From Callorhinchus milii (lineage: Eukaryota): 64,000 bases of DNA. The position numbers and the translations under genes are program-made. Position 1 is the first letter of the stretch. Each line of letters opens with the position of its first letter. The stretch spans positions 2,420,001-2,484,000 of the forward strand of contig NW_024704742.1 in assembly GCF_018977255.1 (NCBI RefSeq), given 5' to 3'. Below, piece after piece: positions 12,456 to 23,688 of the stretch. Under the pieces are notes generated by a model. It saw nothing but the letters and a program-made list of their open reading frames with translations, searched no databases and had not been told where the DNA came from.

Positions 12456-14130
12456 ATGATCTGCTGCAGGAACTGAGCTGCGTTGCTGTTGTTACTCCGA
12501 GTGACCAACACCAAGCTAACTTGGGGAGACGAACAGCAGGAGAATGAGAACTCAGGAATGCAGGATCTAAAGAAAAAAGATCAATAAATTCCAGTAAGGT
12601 TTTTAAATCAGCGACTCATACTTAAAAAAACATGTAATTAAACCGTTCGATATTACAGGCCGAGCTGATTTAGCCAATGAACAAGGATGGATGGAGAAGC
12701 ATTGGAGACTTCTGAACCATGTATGTTTTGACCAGACTGTGGTGGTAATGTCATCATTACCTATAAGATTAGTTTCGTTTTATACCCTCTCCAAACTGTA
12801 GGATATTGCAACTGTTGTGTCTTCTATTGAGATGTCGGGAAAAAAAATATTCACCTGCGGGTACAGGTTATGCAATACCAGGAGGGGGAATAACACAGCC
12901 CAAATAATAGCACCGCCCTTTGGAGAAGTTGAACAATTTATTTATTGAACAGTCTTTATAACAAAGCAAAGATAAGCCAAAATAAAAATTGCAAGAAATA
13001 AACCAAATTGCAAGGAAATTCACTATTAAAGCAATTAAATCCACACTAAAATACGTGCCAGAACAAACTCCACTACGCCTACAGTCGTGCTGTTGTTATT
13101 CAGTGCATAATTTTTTTTCTCTCTCTTGCTCTTTGTTGAGACAATTTTCCTTTCCCAATTCCCAAATCAAAAACGGACTATGTGGGATTCATAACAGATT
13201 AGAAAAGCAATTTTCTTAAACTCAATAATAATAATATTGAGTTTAGCATGAAAGTAATGTGCTTAATTATTGTTTTTCTTTAAATGAGAGGCTAATCTGC
13301 CTCATTCTGCCTGCCAACAATCCAGAGGGGACGCAATTGGATGTTTATTTAGTATTTATCAGCCAGAGTGAAAAAGTGCTTCTCTGATTGCAATAACAAG
13401 GCAACAATTATGTGATTTTTTTTCTCCTCGACGGTTAGTTGATGCTGGAATCCACAATTCCAACAGTTTTACAGCAAACCGGTTCAGTTCCTGAACGTAA
13501 CTCGTTTGGTGGGCCATCCCCAGAGCATTTGGGAAAACAGCAACAGGAGTTCAAAACTGGAGCATTCAAGTTTGTGCTGCGCACTGCCAACTGGAGGTAT
13601 TCGCTATGGGGTAGTCGAGATTAATTTTCCTTTAGCCTTGTTGACATCGTTGGGGAGAAAATCCACCAGGGTCTCGATTTACTCTAATTAGCATTTCGGA
13701 GCATCCTACAAATTCAGCAAATTCTGAAACGCAGCCTTAATTGTCAAACTGGTTTCCTCTCCCTCTCTGTTAAGAACGACGGAAAACCGCCTTCGAGGTC
13801 GAAGCTGAACTCAGTAATCTGCGAAACGCTGCACATTCTGAAATGTTACGCTAATTGGACTCTGAAATTCCTCCCCGTGTATTTCGATGGAGATAACAAT
13901 AAATCCCAGTGTAAGCCTCCAGAATAGAAGTGACGTCAGAGTAACAGGCCCCGACCAAAACTTAACACTGCATGTAACATTCAGCTTGAGGTGCTACAAG
14001 TGTAAACAATTTTCCTCGTGTAGATGAATTTTAAAAGGTTCCTTGCACATTTCAGTTCGTACGTAGTCAACATTTTAAGAATTCGCCTGCACAAGTGCGC
14101 TGCACAAATTTGATCATCTCTTAGCTGAAG

Positions 14131-14299
14131 GCAAAATGCTGCGGCTGCTGGAATCTGAAATAAAAACAGAAGTCACTGGGAACACTCGGCAGGTCAGGCA
14201 GCGTCTGTGGAGAAAGGATATCGCGTCGTCAACTCACTTTCCTCTCTGCGTAGATGCTTCCTGACCTGCTCAGTGTTCCCAGCGACTTCTGCCTTTATT
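14131..14299. mobile_element. Penelope-like pLTR-derived inverted repeat, centre (ribozyme core) deleted
   Basis: Arms CAGAAGTCACTGGGAACACTCGGCAGGTCAGGCAGCGTCT and AGATGCTTCCTGACCTGCTCAGTGTTCCCAGCGACTTCTG are near reverse complements and are homologous to the element at 37784-38037. Confidence 0.7.
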
Positions 14300-14339
14300 C
14301 CTTCAACTGAAGTTGTTTCGCGAGTGAATCGGAACGCAG

Positions 14340-14495
14340 GAACATAGGAACAGGAGGAGGCCATTCAGCCCTTCGAGCCTGTTCTGCCATTTAATGAGAT
14401 TGTGCTGGTCTGTACCTCAACTAATCCTTTCAATTCCAATTTCCCGCTTTCTCCGCGTATCCCTTAATATCCTGACCTACCAAAAATCTATCAAC
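14340..14495 (-). mobile_element. CR1 LINE 3' end fragment
   Basis: GAACATAGGAACAGGAGGAGGCCATTCAGCCCTTCGAGCCTGTTCTGCCAT...AAAAATCTATCAA is a typical reverse-complemented chondrichthyan CR1 3' end. Confidence 0.7.
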
Positions 14496-16599
14496 AGGAA
14501 CTATCGCACAGAAAGTACGAGGGGGGAAATAAGACATAACCGTCTCTGTAGTCTAAGAATTGAGGAATGTAGAGAGCTGCCTCGTGTATGTTAATGGCTG
14601 GACTGAATAGCCCTGTGAGCCGGGGTGATCAGGAGAGGAGTTGGGAAACACCGTGCGCAGCATGGAAACATTTTATTTCTTGACTTCTCATTTGGACTCA
14701 TTTGGGTTAAGTATTCACGTTACATGTCAGCGTATCCTCTTTACAGGCAGTCTCCAGCACCTTTGGGTAAGTTGTCTCTCTTTCCTGACAGACGGGCTGA
14801 AGTCCCAGTTGATGCTTCTCTTGTTGCCATAGGCAAACAACGAATATAATGGGAAAATTCCCAGCAGCAGCAGACACTATCAATGCCGATCTGCATGAAG
14901 CCGACTGGAATTTACGTGAGCGTTAGCATCGATGAGGCAAAGGGTTTATAGCCAGACCTCGAATTCGGCCAAAGTTATCCTCAATCGCCTCAATTACCCA
15001 CATGCACTTTCCAATAGCCGCTTCCTAACATTGACAAACTTTATGATAATCAGACCATTTTTTTAAAAAAAAAACGAATTAAAAATGAGGCTAATTGAGA
15101 TACAAAATTCAACGCCAAGCACAATCGAGTTGGGTCGAGTTCAAAAGTAGTTGTCTTTTTAGAAGTGTTTCGGACAGTTTCCGTCTTTAGAAATTGTCCT
15201 CGAAACGCTGAAATGTAAGTAAAGTCTTGTAACAAGGAGTTGTAAATGGGGGAACTAACACTCTATCTTGTCGCAATAACAACAACGTGGAATTATATCG
15301 CGCCCTTCATGCACGGTAGCGTCTCAGAGCGCTTAGCAATGGTGGAACCGGAAGCCGACTTCATCAAAAACAGTCTCAAAGTCGCCAGATCAGAGTTTTG
15401 TTACATATCTAATATCTTTATATTTAATATTTGTTGTATATTTAATATCTGGTTAGTGATATTCACTGCATGCGTGGATGTCGTAATGTCATTTGCATCA
15501 ACATGCTGCATTTTAAAGCTTCAAAATTATTGGCAAGGCAGCTATCCCGCGTCCCAATACAAAGGGACAGTAAAGGTCAAATCACCCTTAATGCAGCTCG
15601 GATTGTCGTACTAATGCAACTTGAGATAGTCTTAGACATCACTCACAAAGTACGAGGGGGAATTAAATACTTTAAGATCTGAAGATATTTGTGCTGCTCT
15701 GCTGAGCAAATTGCAGCATTCATATGAAATCACACCAGAAGTATTTAAGACCTACTGTGAAAGAGGCACTCAGTAACGCTCAGCTCAGCTTTCTAATGCT
15801 GAATAAAATTTAATTTCATCAAAATGGGCATCTGCTATGCGCTCAGTATTGATCCATAAATAAAATCTAGCTGCACATGTCCTGAAGCCAACTCACTGTG
15901 ATGCCTCATAAAATCTCCAGAATAAGAGTCATTATCCCTTCTCCCATTGCAAGTTTCTGCGTCAGAAAGCTGTGTTTCTTCGTGGGTTCGTGCCTTACAT
16001 TGGGGCTGTTTGAGCTCCAAGCTGATACTCCAGTGCAATACAGTTGGTTGCATTGCCTTCTCAGAGGAGCCAACCTTCTGTTGACCCTTTCAATTCCAGG
16101 TTTCTTCTGCTTTGTTGAAGTTGACGGTAAAGATCAGATTGTTCAGGCCAACAATTCCCCCCGATAGAATCGATCATTCACTTCACAGCCGTTGGTTTGT
16201 GGAACATCGCAGGGCAGAAATCGGCCAGCTGCAAAATACACAATCACTGCACTTTACAGTAATTCTTGCGATTCTTCCCGAGGTGATGATACCTGATGTG
16301 ATGACACCAAGGTGTGCGATTGGACAGGGAAAGTCTTGAGAGTTTTCTGTAGTTTTCTGACATCGTAATCGAGTGGGATCGTGGAGGCAATCGGCAATCT
16401 GGACAAGAGTGACTATCACCAAATCCAGTGACAGGAAAACATGTTTCACACGATCTGGTGACAGGCTCGGCTCAGCGGACAAACCTTGCAATTCAAACTC
16501 TTGTCAATTGCTTGTATTTGGAATGCCGTTTTTCTATCCTCACTCTCAAACTATCCCCGAGCACACACTCCCATCCGCTGCTAAGTGTACAATCCTCGG

Positions 16600-16865
16600 A
16601 AGCAACAACGGCAAAATTATATTTAAAGAGCGCCTTTCACGTCGGGAGGACGTCCCAAGGCGCTGGACAGTCAGGGGTCGGGACCCGAGCATGGGTGGAG
16701 GGGTGGGGTAGGGGTGAGGGAAGGCAGAGAGGTGGGAGGGCGACAGAAGTCACGATCAAAGAGGAGGGTCTTGAGACCGGCCTTGAAGGAGGCGAGGGAG
16801 AGGAAGCGAGGCGAAGGGACTGTGGGATGGAGTTCCAGAGTGTGGAGGCAGAGAGGCTGAAACCT
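16600..16865 (-). mobile_element. L2 LINE 3' end
   Basis: Minus-strand translation ...SLASFKAGLKTLLFD (L2 ORF2 end), followed by a C-rich 3'UTR and the terminal stem-loop AGCGCCTTGGGACGTCCTCCCGACGTGAAAGGCGCT. Confidence 0.85.
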
Positions 16866-17984
16866 TAGCATCCGTTATCTGGCTGTTGATTTCAAATGAA
16901 TTGGAGAAAATTCATAACACTGCCCTCAAAGCTATCTCCTTTCCTCACGGGGTTTCCTAAATAAACCTGTCAATTTCACATGGTTGTAGCCTCCTGGAAT
17001 TCCTGAGTGATGAGGTGTTAATTTCTAACACTTGCTGTTGACATTGAGCTGTGTGTGATGGGGTGGCGTAGATTAGACTGTGGAAACTCTGTTGGGATTG
17101 ATGTCTGCGGTCGCTGGTCCTGAATTCATTCTTTCTCTTCGGGACATTGATGGATGTGATCATGTGCTTTGTCGTCGTGTCAGTCCTCGGATGTTCCAGT
17201 TCTTGGGACTCAAATCAGCAGCATTTTCTGACGGATGGCCATGGTGATAATTGTTGCACATTAAGGAGTCACTCCGTTCATTTCACCCTCTTTTTTCTGA
17301 AAATGAAGACTCTCGAAACAAAGATTATTTCCTCCTCGCTCGACAGCGTTGAATCATGCTGGGTTACAGTGTCGGCAGCACTCCGGTGCTCCGTCTAACA
17401 CTGGGCAGCTCTGTCATCTGATTCCAATTCCTCAGAAGCCACGTTATAAGTGAAGCCTGGGAAAAATGGTTCCAGGAAGCCACTGACATCACTTTCTGTC
17501 CACGAGGAAGAAGGAAGCGATATCAGTGGTCACTTCGCGAAGGAAGCGACATCAGTGGTCCTCCGTACACACGCGGACTTCGTGTGCAGCACATTAAAAG
17601 GGGTGTGAGTGTGCACGCTCACCAAACGCGCAGTCGATTCACTTCACAGTCTATTCTGTGAAACCCTTCGAAGCATCTCAACGATGTGATAAGGCTCTAT
17701 ATCAAATGCAAAGATTGCTATTATCATTATAATTATTTCGCACGCAACACACGGGAAGTAACATCAGCAGCGATCAGTTGACCTGGACATTCGGACAATT
17801 TTCTCAGCGGCCAGTCGGCACGGGAAGCCAGGTGTTCAGCGCCGGAAGCCGGCTTTGCCTCAGGACACCAGCGCTGCAAGCGAGGCAGGAGAACACTCAA
17901 TTCCAAACCGGTCAGAAATCCCAAATCACGTGTCGCCTCGAGACGTGGAATTCGTATCCGAGGGGACACTCCAACGCAATGCTG

Positions 17985-18220
17985 GGGCCGATCTGCATTG
18001 TTGGAGTTGTGGTCACTCAGATGAGACGTTAAACCAAGGGCTTGTCTGCCCCCGAAATAATATTCGTGCGACATTGATGTGCGCAAATTGGCTGATGACT
18101 TTGCCCACAAAACACACCAACACTGCACTTTGCAGTATATCTTGTGAAGCGCTTTGGGACATTCCCCTGGCACGAAAGGCACTCTACCAAATGTAAAGAT
18201 TATTATTATTATTTTTATTA
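17985..18220 (+). mobile_element. DeuSINE fragment with tail
   Basis: CTGCATTGTTGGAG...CAGATGAGACGTTAAACCAAGGG...GTCTGCC, then tail ...GTGAAGCGCTTTGGGAC...AAATGTAAAGATTATTATTAT. Confidence 0.8.
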
Positions 18221-18299
18221 TAAATGGTCTGAAAATATAACTCAAAGACGGCGAGGAACTTCGGTGCAATGGGGTCTATATGATTCAGTTTCGTACTGG

Positions 18300-18690
18300 G
18301 TTCATGCTTTTCTGAAGGAGCTGAATACATCACAGTGTTCTCGGCGTATAATTAGCTATTTTTTTATTAGCTTTATAATAGGCACTATAGCGCCGATTTC
18401 AAATGATGGTCCAAATCATAGTTCACGTAATGTTTGACATATAATATAGAGTAAGTCCACAGATACACCATTGAAATAGAATATCATACTGAGGCGCACA
18501 CTAATAAGTGGCATATATCAATTTAAGATGAGTGTACTGCCATCTCAGACACATTAAATTCAGAGTGATTTACGGTCTTTCTCTCAGGATCAGACACGTC
18601 TACAGCAGCGTGAAAGCCTATCGCAAAGAATACTGGAGCTGACACAGCAGTTTGCAAGCAGAGGTTATCCTATGAAAAATTTCAGCGACA
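18300..18690 (+). pseudogene. Decayed Penelope-like element (PLE) ORF, RT C-terminal/linker region
   Basis: Motifs appear in PLE order across stops and frameshifts: FLKELNTS (18309), I*SKSTD (~18444-18464; cf. LYRKPTD), YCHLRHIKFRVIYGLSLRIRHVYSS (18535-18609; cf. CHPxHxKxSIPYxQALRIRRICS), ELTQQFASRGYP (to 18671; cf. FxxRGYP). Confidence 0.7.
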
Positions 18691-19130
18691 GATTGCCGAG
18701 CTCGGTACAACCTACTGTAGGGAACTGATCCAGATCAACCACAAAAAAAGTTATTGAAGATAAGACCATTTAAGATGACTGTATAAGATGTACACGAGAG
18801 TACATCAAATAATTTTCCTTTTATTTTTAAATTAGCCCCGGAAAGCTACTCGCCGAAAACTATTTTCACCTCAATTTAAATTTTAAAACCCCAATTCATC
18901 CCCCACCCCCCGCCAAAAAAAAAGAGTAATCTGTCTTCCCTGATAGTGTGCATCCAACTCGAAACTCGTGTCACTGGAACGCCGGCTCTGGGAAGGGAAT
19001 ATTCGCGCATTGCGATGCATGTTTCCGCCAATAACACGTGCATCCTGCAAACCAGCTTCACAGTAAGGAACAGTTCCGGGACTGTACCTGTGTGAACACG
19101 CAGCCAAGCTGGTTCTGGGAATACATGTAC

Positions 19131-19229
19131 AATATAATATAATATAATATAATATAATATAATATAATATAATATAATATAATATAATATAATATAATAT
19201 AATATAATATAATATAATATAATATAATA
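19131..19229. repeat. (AATAT)n pentanucleotide microsatellite
   Basis: Perfect AATAT run. It explains the YYIIL-repeat ORFs and abuts a minus-strand SINE tail at ~19235-19380. Confidence 0.95.
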
Positions 19230-21351
19230 CAATCAGAATCCTTACATTTGGTATCGCGCCTTTCGTGACAACGGTACGTTTCAAAGGGCTCCACAGAATA
19301 CACCGTAAAGTGGAGCGACTGTGTTTTGTGAGTGAAAGCTGCAGCCAATCTGCGCAAAGCAGTGTCCCACAAACAGCAATCAGATGGTTTGTCCCTTGAA
19401 GCGAATGTTGCAAAATACATCTTGGTTTTCATTTGGGGATGTTTTGGGGTTCAAATCCCCTTTCCCCAGTTTTCTCCTTTATTGACAGAAAAGATAGCCC
19501 CCCCACCCCCCCCCCCACCCCCAACCCCCCCGAATAAAACTGGAAAACATTATTTTGCAAATTAAAAATTGACTTATAAAAGTCGGTAAGCATTGGGCAT
19601 CAGTAGCGATGTCAGTCTCCTCGGAGCAGTGGAACCCAACCGAAGTAATCGATGCTGTGTTAAACAAGTATTTGGCTGAACATCTCCTCGAAAACGTCTT
19701 GGAGAATTAGTGACAGGTACCGGCTGAGATAAGCGGAGACCTTTTGTAACTGTGGGTGCAAACAATAAGTTACCTGTGAATCGTGACATGGGAAATTAAT
19801 GAATATTGTATTACTTGATTATGTTTGAGATTCTGGGAATATCAGGGCAGTACTTCTCCCCCCCCACCCCCCCCCCCCCCCACCCCCAGCAGAGAGAGGA
19901 GTGGTTCGAGTTGCGATCTGCTTGGCTGTGAAAGAAGCAGACTCGATGGGTCGAAAGGCCTTTTCTCGTTCTACAACCGTCTTGTGTCTCTGTCGTTGTC
20001 CTGCTGAGCGTGATGGAGGCAGAACTGTCTAAACAGGGAGGGGTTTTTGCGTTCGCATTTGCAAGCGATCATCCCGTCTGGAGCTTGGAGAAAGAGAACG
20101 CACACCACCTTCAAACAGGCCAGAGCCTGTAGTTTACACCTTCAGGTGATTGGAGCCCTTGTAAAATAAATTGAGATTGAAACAGTTTGTTAACACAGCA
20201 TGTAATGTGCGCTACCCATCTGAATTAAAACAAATTGCAAGAATTAAAATTGTTACAGTGCAACGCACGCTCATGAAGCCACGTTACACCTCCTCTGAGG
20301 TGAAGAGCACCTTTGCGTGAAAGAGGAGCCTTTCTTGCGCGGATATAAATTTACCTGTCGCGACAGCAAAGTTGTCACGACAGGTGATTCATCAGATCTA
20401 CGAAGATGACGGGAGCAGCTTCCTCCGAATTTTATGTGGCTTCCTCTCCCCTTCATTACAGGTGGTGCAGAGAAAAGCTGCTTAAATCCCTTTGGAACCC
20501 ATTACAGTACTTGAAGTTACCACGGCCTTTTGATAACCTCCCCGTACTCCCACCATCATTTAGTGCAGGAATAAACAGCGTCGAAGAGGTTTGAACGCAA
20601 GATGAATAATTCATCAATTCACATTGCGTTTAGTTAAATAACACTCGGGAGCCATTTGGCTACGAATCCGGCAACAGTGTGAAATTACTGATACACGTAG
20701 GGTGTGAAGAGTGTTGGTTCCAAACCCCTTCACGCCAACACGAGGTGCTTTTGAAACAGCACAATTAATATGACTTCCGATAATGTTCATTTTGCATTCC
20801 AAAAACCTCTCAAGCAACCGTGTTTATCGGAACGGAATAAAGGAATGCATCAGTGGGCCATTCGCTTGCTTTGAGATAATTAGCCAAATGTTGATTGGGT
20901 TGTGTCCAATGTGATACATACTGAACTGCGAGAGATGTGGGGATGGAATTATTCAATTTATAGTAAGTGGCCCAATGTTAACACTGAGGAGCTATAATGG
21001 GAACATTCCTCCGCAAACCCACATGTGGAAGTGGCTGCGCTCAACGACTAATGGAATACTGCGTCTCATCCTCGAAGGTTTATTTGCCCTTTGTGATACT
21101 CAGCTTCCGTGTTGCCGACCGCAGTCATTGGAAATCGCGCATCACGGTCTTTTCCTGTGTAAGAAGGCTGGGAGCAACCCGGCCAGATATTCACGTGGAC
21201 TTGCTGGCCTATGGTTATTTCGGGGTCAATGCAGGGAGGCACACGAAGGGTGTCCATTCAGGGAGGGAACGTGTGATTCCAGTTCATCCTGATGGTGTTG
21301 ATATGTCTGGGATGTCTTTGAATGTCATTATCTTATTGTATATTTCAACGT

Positions 21352-21602
21352 CTTGCCTCTGAATCAGAAGATTGTCGGTTCAAGTCCCAGGTCTGGACTG
21401 TGAGCTCATAGTCTAGGTTGACACTCGAAACTAGTACTAATCCTTGCATTATTACCACTATTATTATTAATACTATTACTATTATTATTATTATTATTAA
21501 TACTAATACAGTGCATTATTGGAAGTGCTGTCCTCCAGGTGAGATGTTTAACAAAGGTTCCACCCATCAGTTCTTCTATTCAATAAAAGAGAAAGGAGTT
21601 TT
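21352..21602 (+). mobile_element. DeuSINE 5' part, interrupted by an (ATT)-rich SINE-tail remnant
   Basis: GCCTCTGAATCAGAAGATTGTCGGTTCAAGTCCC...GAGCTCATAGTCTAGGTTGACAC...GTGCATTATTGGAAGTGC...GAGATGTTTAAC. Confidence 0.7.
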
Positions 21603-21679
21603 TTGATCATTTGCTTTGTAGGTGTTTGCGGGACTTGGCTGTGCGCATATTGGCTGGTTGTGTTTGTCTGCAAATAAAA

Positions 21680-21930
21680 TAATTATTCTTGCATTTGGTA
21701 CAATAGCTCCTTTCATGGAGGAGGACATCTGAAAGCACCCCACAGAACCTACTGCAAAATCTAGTGACTGTGCATCTGCGGATGAACGCAGCACCGAATT
21801 TGCCACTATGTCCCACGAACAGCCATGGAGTGAGCGACCAATTTTATTGAGTGGGTTGTTGGTCAGGACACCGGGAGAAACTCACTTTCCTTTTGGAGTA
21901 GCTCCAAGGGGCCTTTATTGTCCAACTGAA
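21680..21930 (-). mobile_element. DeuSINE 3' half
   Basis: TTCTTGCATTTGG...ATGTCCCACGAACAGCCATGGAGTGAG...TTGGTCAGGACACCGGGAGAAACTC. Confidence 0.75.
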
Positions 21931-22319
21931 TTACACAGTCACTACAATTTAGAGTCAAGTCTCTGATGTGTTTTGAGGCTTTCAGACCATCATGTGGAAG
22001 GATCGCTAATTATTATTATTATTATTGTATTTGTAACGTAATGGGGTCACAATGCGGAATTGAAAACAAAAGTCTGAGACTGCACCTGGAGGATAGATGT
22101 GTCAGATTCATTTGATCGTCATACTTCATACAGCCAACAAATTATAGTAGAATAATACTACTAATAATAATAATAATGCTGGCCTTTGATATAGCACCTT
22201 ATCATGCCAACAACATACCTCATACATACATACATAAGTGCTTTACAGGATTTTACTGTGAAGTGTAGTGACTGTGAAGTTGTAAGCCGATAATACAGTG
22301 TCTATCAGTAAATCAGTTG

Positions 22320-22495
22320 AATCCTTCCACCTCGTCTCCTTTTTGCCCATCCTCAGGTACCTGATGACCTTCCTCTTTGACCGTTGCCCGTGGTCACCTC
22401 CTCCCTCTGCCCATCTCGGCTTCACGCTCCTCCATGTTAATGGCGACACGTGCTCTGAGACACAAAAGGACGCTAATATCAATGCAAGTTGTTAT
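22320..22495 (+). mobile_element. L2 LINE 3' end
   Basis: CCTCAGGTACCTGATGACCTTCCTCTTTGACCG (L2 'LKTxLF' end), C-rich UTR, ...AATGCAAGTTGTT. Confidence 0.65.
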
Positions 22496-23461
22496 ATCAT
22501 ATAAATGATCTGTAAACTGATCCGCAACTCATGGACTGTTTGATCACATCCCGGTGTAATTGACTGTTTAGACACACCTTCGTGACCTGCTAATGGGATA
22601 ATTCACTCACACCCGCGCACACCCTCACTGAGTGGTTCAAATCTACAAGTGTTTACCCATTAGCGATCATTCCTGAATTTCAAACTAGGTTTTTATGTAC
22701 TTCACAGAATTTGTTGTTTTAGAAGGAGAAATCCGCTTACCTGACCTGGCCTTTATTTCTAGATGCCTTCACCAGAGCAATCCGACGACACAAATTTTGA
22801 TATCTTCAGCGCCTTTCGTGTCAGGAGGACGTCCCAAAGGGGCTTTACAGTGTCGGGTAGGCACCTGAGCGGTTGCGGTGATGGAGAAAGCAAGTCCGAG
22901 GATGCTCTCTGTGCGGTTTCAGATCACGGGGCAGAAATATCTGAGCGCCCGCCCACACGACGGTGGGATAGGTACGGTGGTTACAAGAAGCATGTGAGCG
23001 CTCGCCGAGCAGAGGAAAGGCCCGGGTTGGTAGGGTTTGAGCGTTTTAATGTCAGGCCGAGACGGCGAAGGGATTTATAGGTGAGAATAAGAATCTTTTG
23101 AAACTAATCAGCTTGTGGACGAGAAGCCAATGGAGCTGAGCAAGGATGGGGGGAGAGTGAATAGGCTCATGGAACTGTGGAGGAGTGTGAATCGGCTGTG
23201 AGGACAGTAGATCTCTACCCGTGTAATTTTTTGCGCTGGAAGTCACAGTAAATCCTGAGGTGCCTCATTGCAGTGATAATCGGGGCCAATGGAAAATTGC
23301 GGAAAATGTTTGCCTAAAGTTGCAGGAGTTGATTGGTGCGATTGGGAGATACATTTTCCTGCCAATCTGCATTTTGTCGCTGTATTGATTAAAAACTAAA
23401 CATGAAGAAATCGCACGTATCAGATTGTTGGCGGAATGGGGGTGGTGGTGGGGGAGTGCGG

Positions 23462-23688
23462 GTGTAGCTGAGGTGGTTTGTGTGTAGCTGAGGGTGTGTG
23501 TGTGTGTGTGTGTAGCTGAGGGTGTGTGTGTGTGTAGCTGAGGGTGTGTGTAGGTGAGGGGTGTGTGTGTGTGTAGCTGAGGGTGTGTGTGTGTGTGTAG
23601 CTGAGGGTGTGTGTGTAGTGAGGGGTGTGTGTGTGTAGGTGAGGGGTGTGTGTGTGGAGCTGAGGGTTGTGTGTGTGTGTAGCTGAGG
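23462..23688. repeat. Minisatellite (GT)n-AGCTGAGG composite
   Basis: Repeated units such as GTGTGTGTGTAGCTGAGGG with variable GT tract length. Confidence 0.9.

Noticed and set aside
18876..19432. ORFs with YYIIL repeats
   Set aside because: Translation of the (AATAT)n microsatellite and a SINE tail
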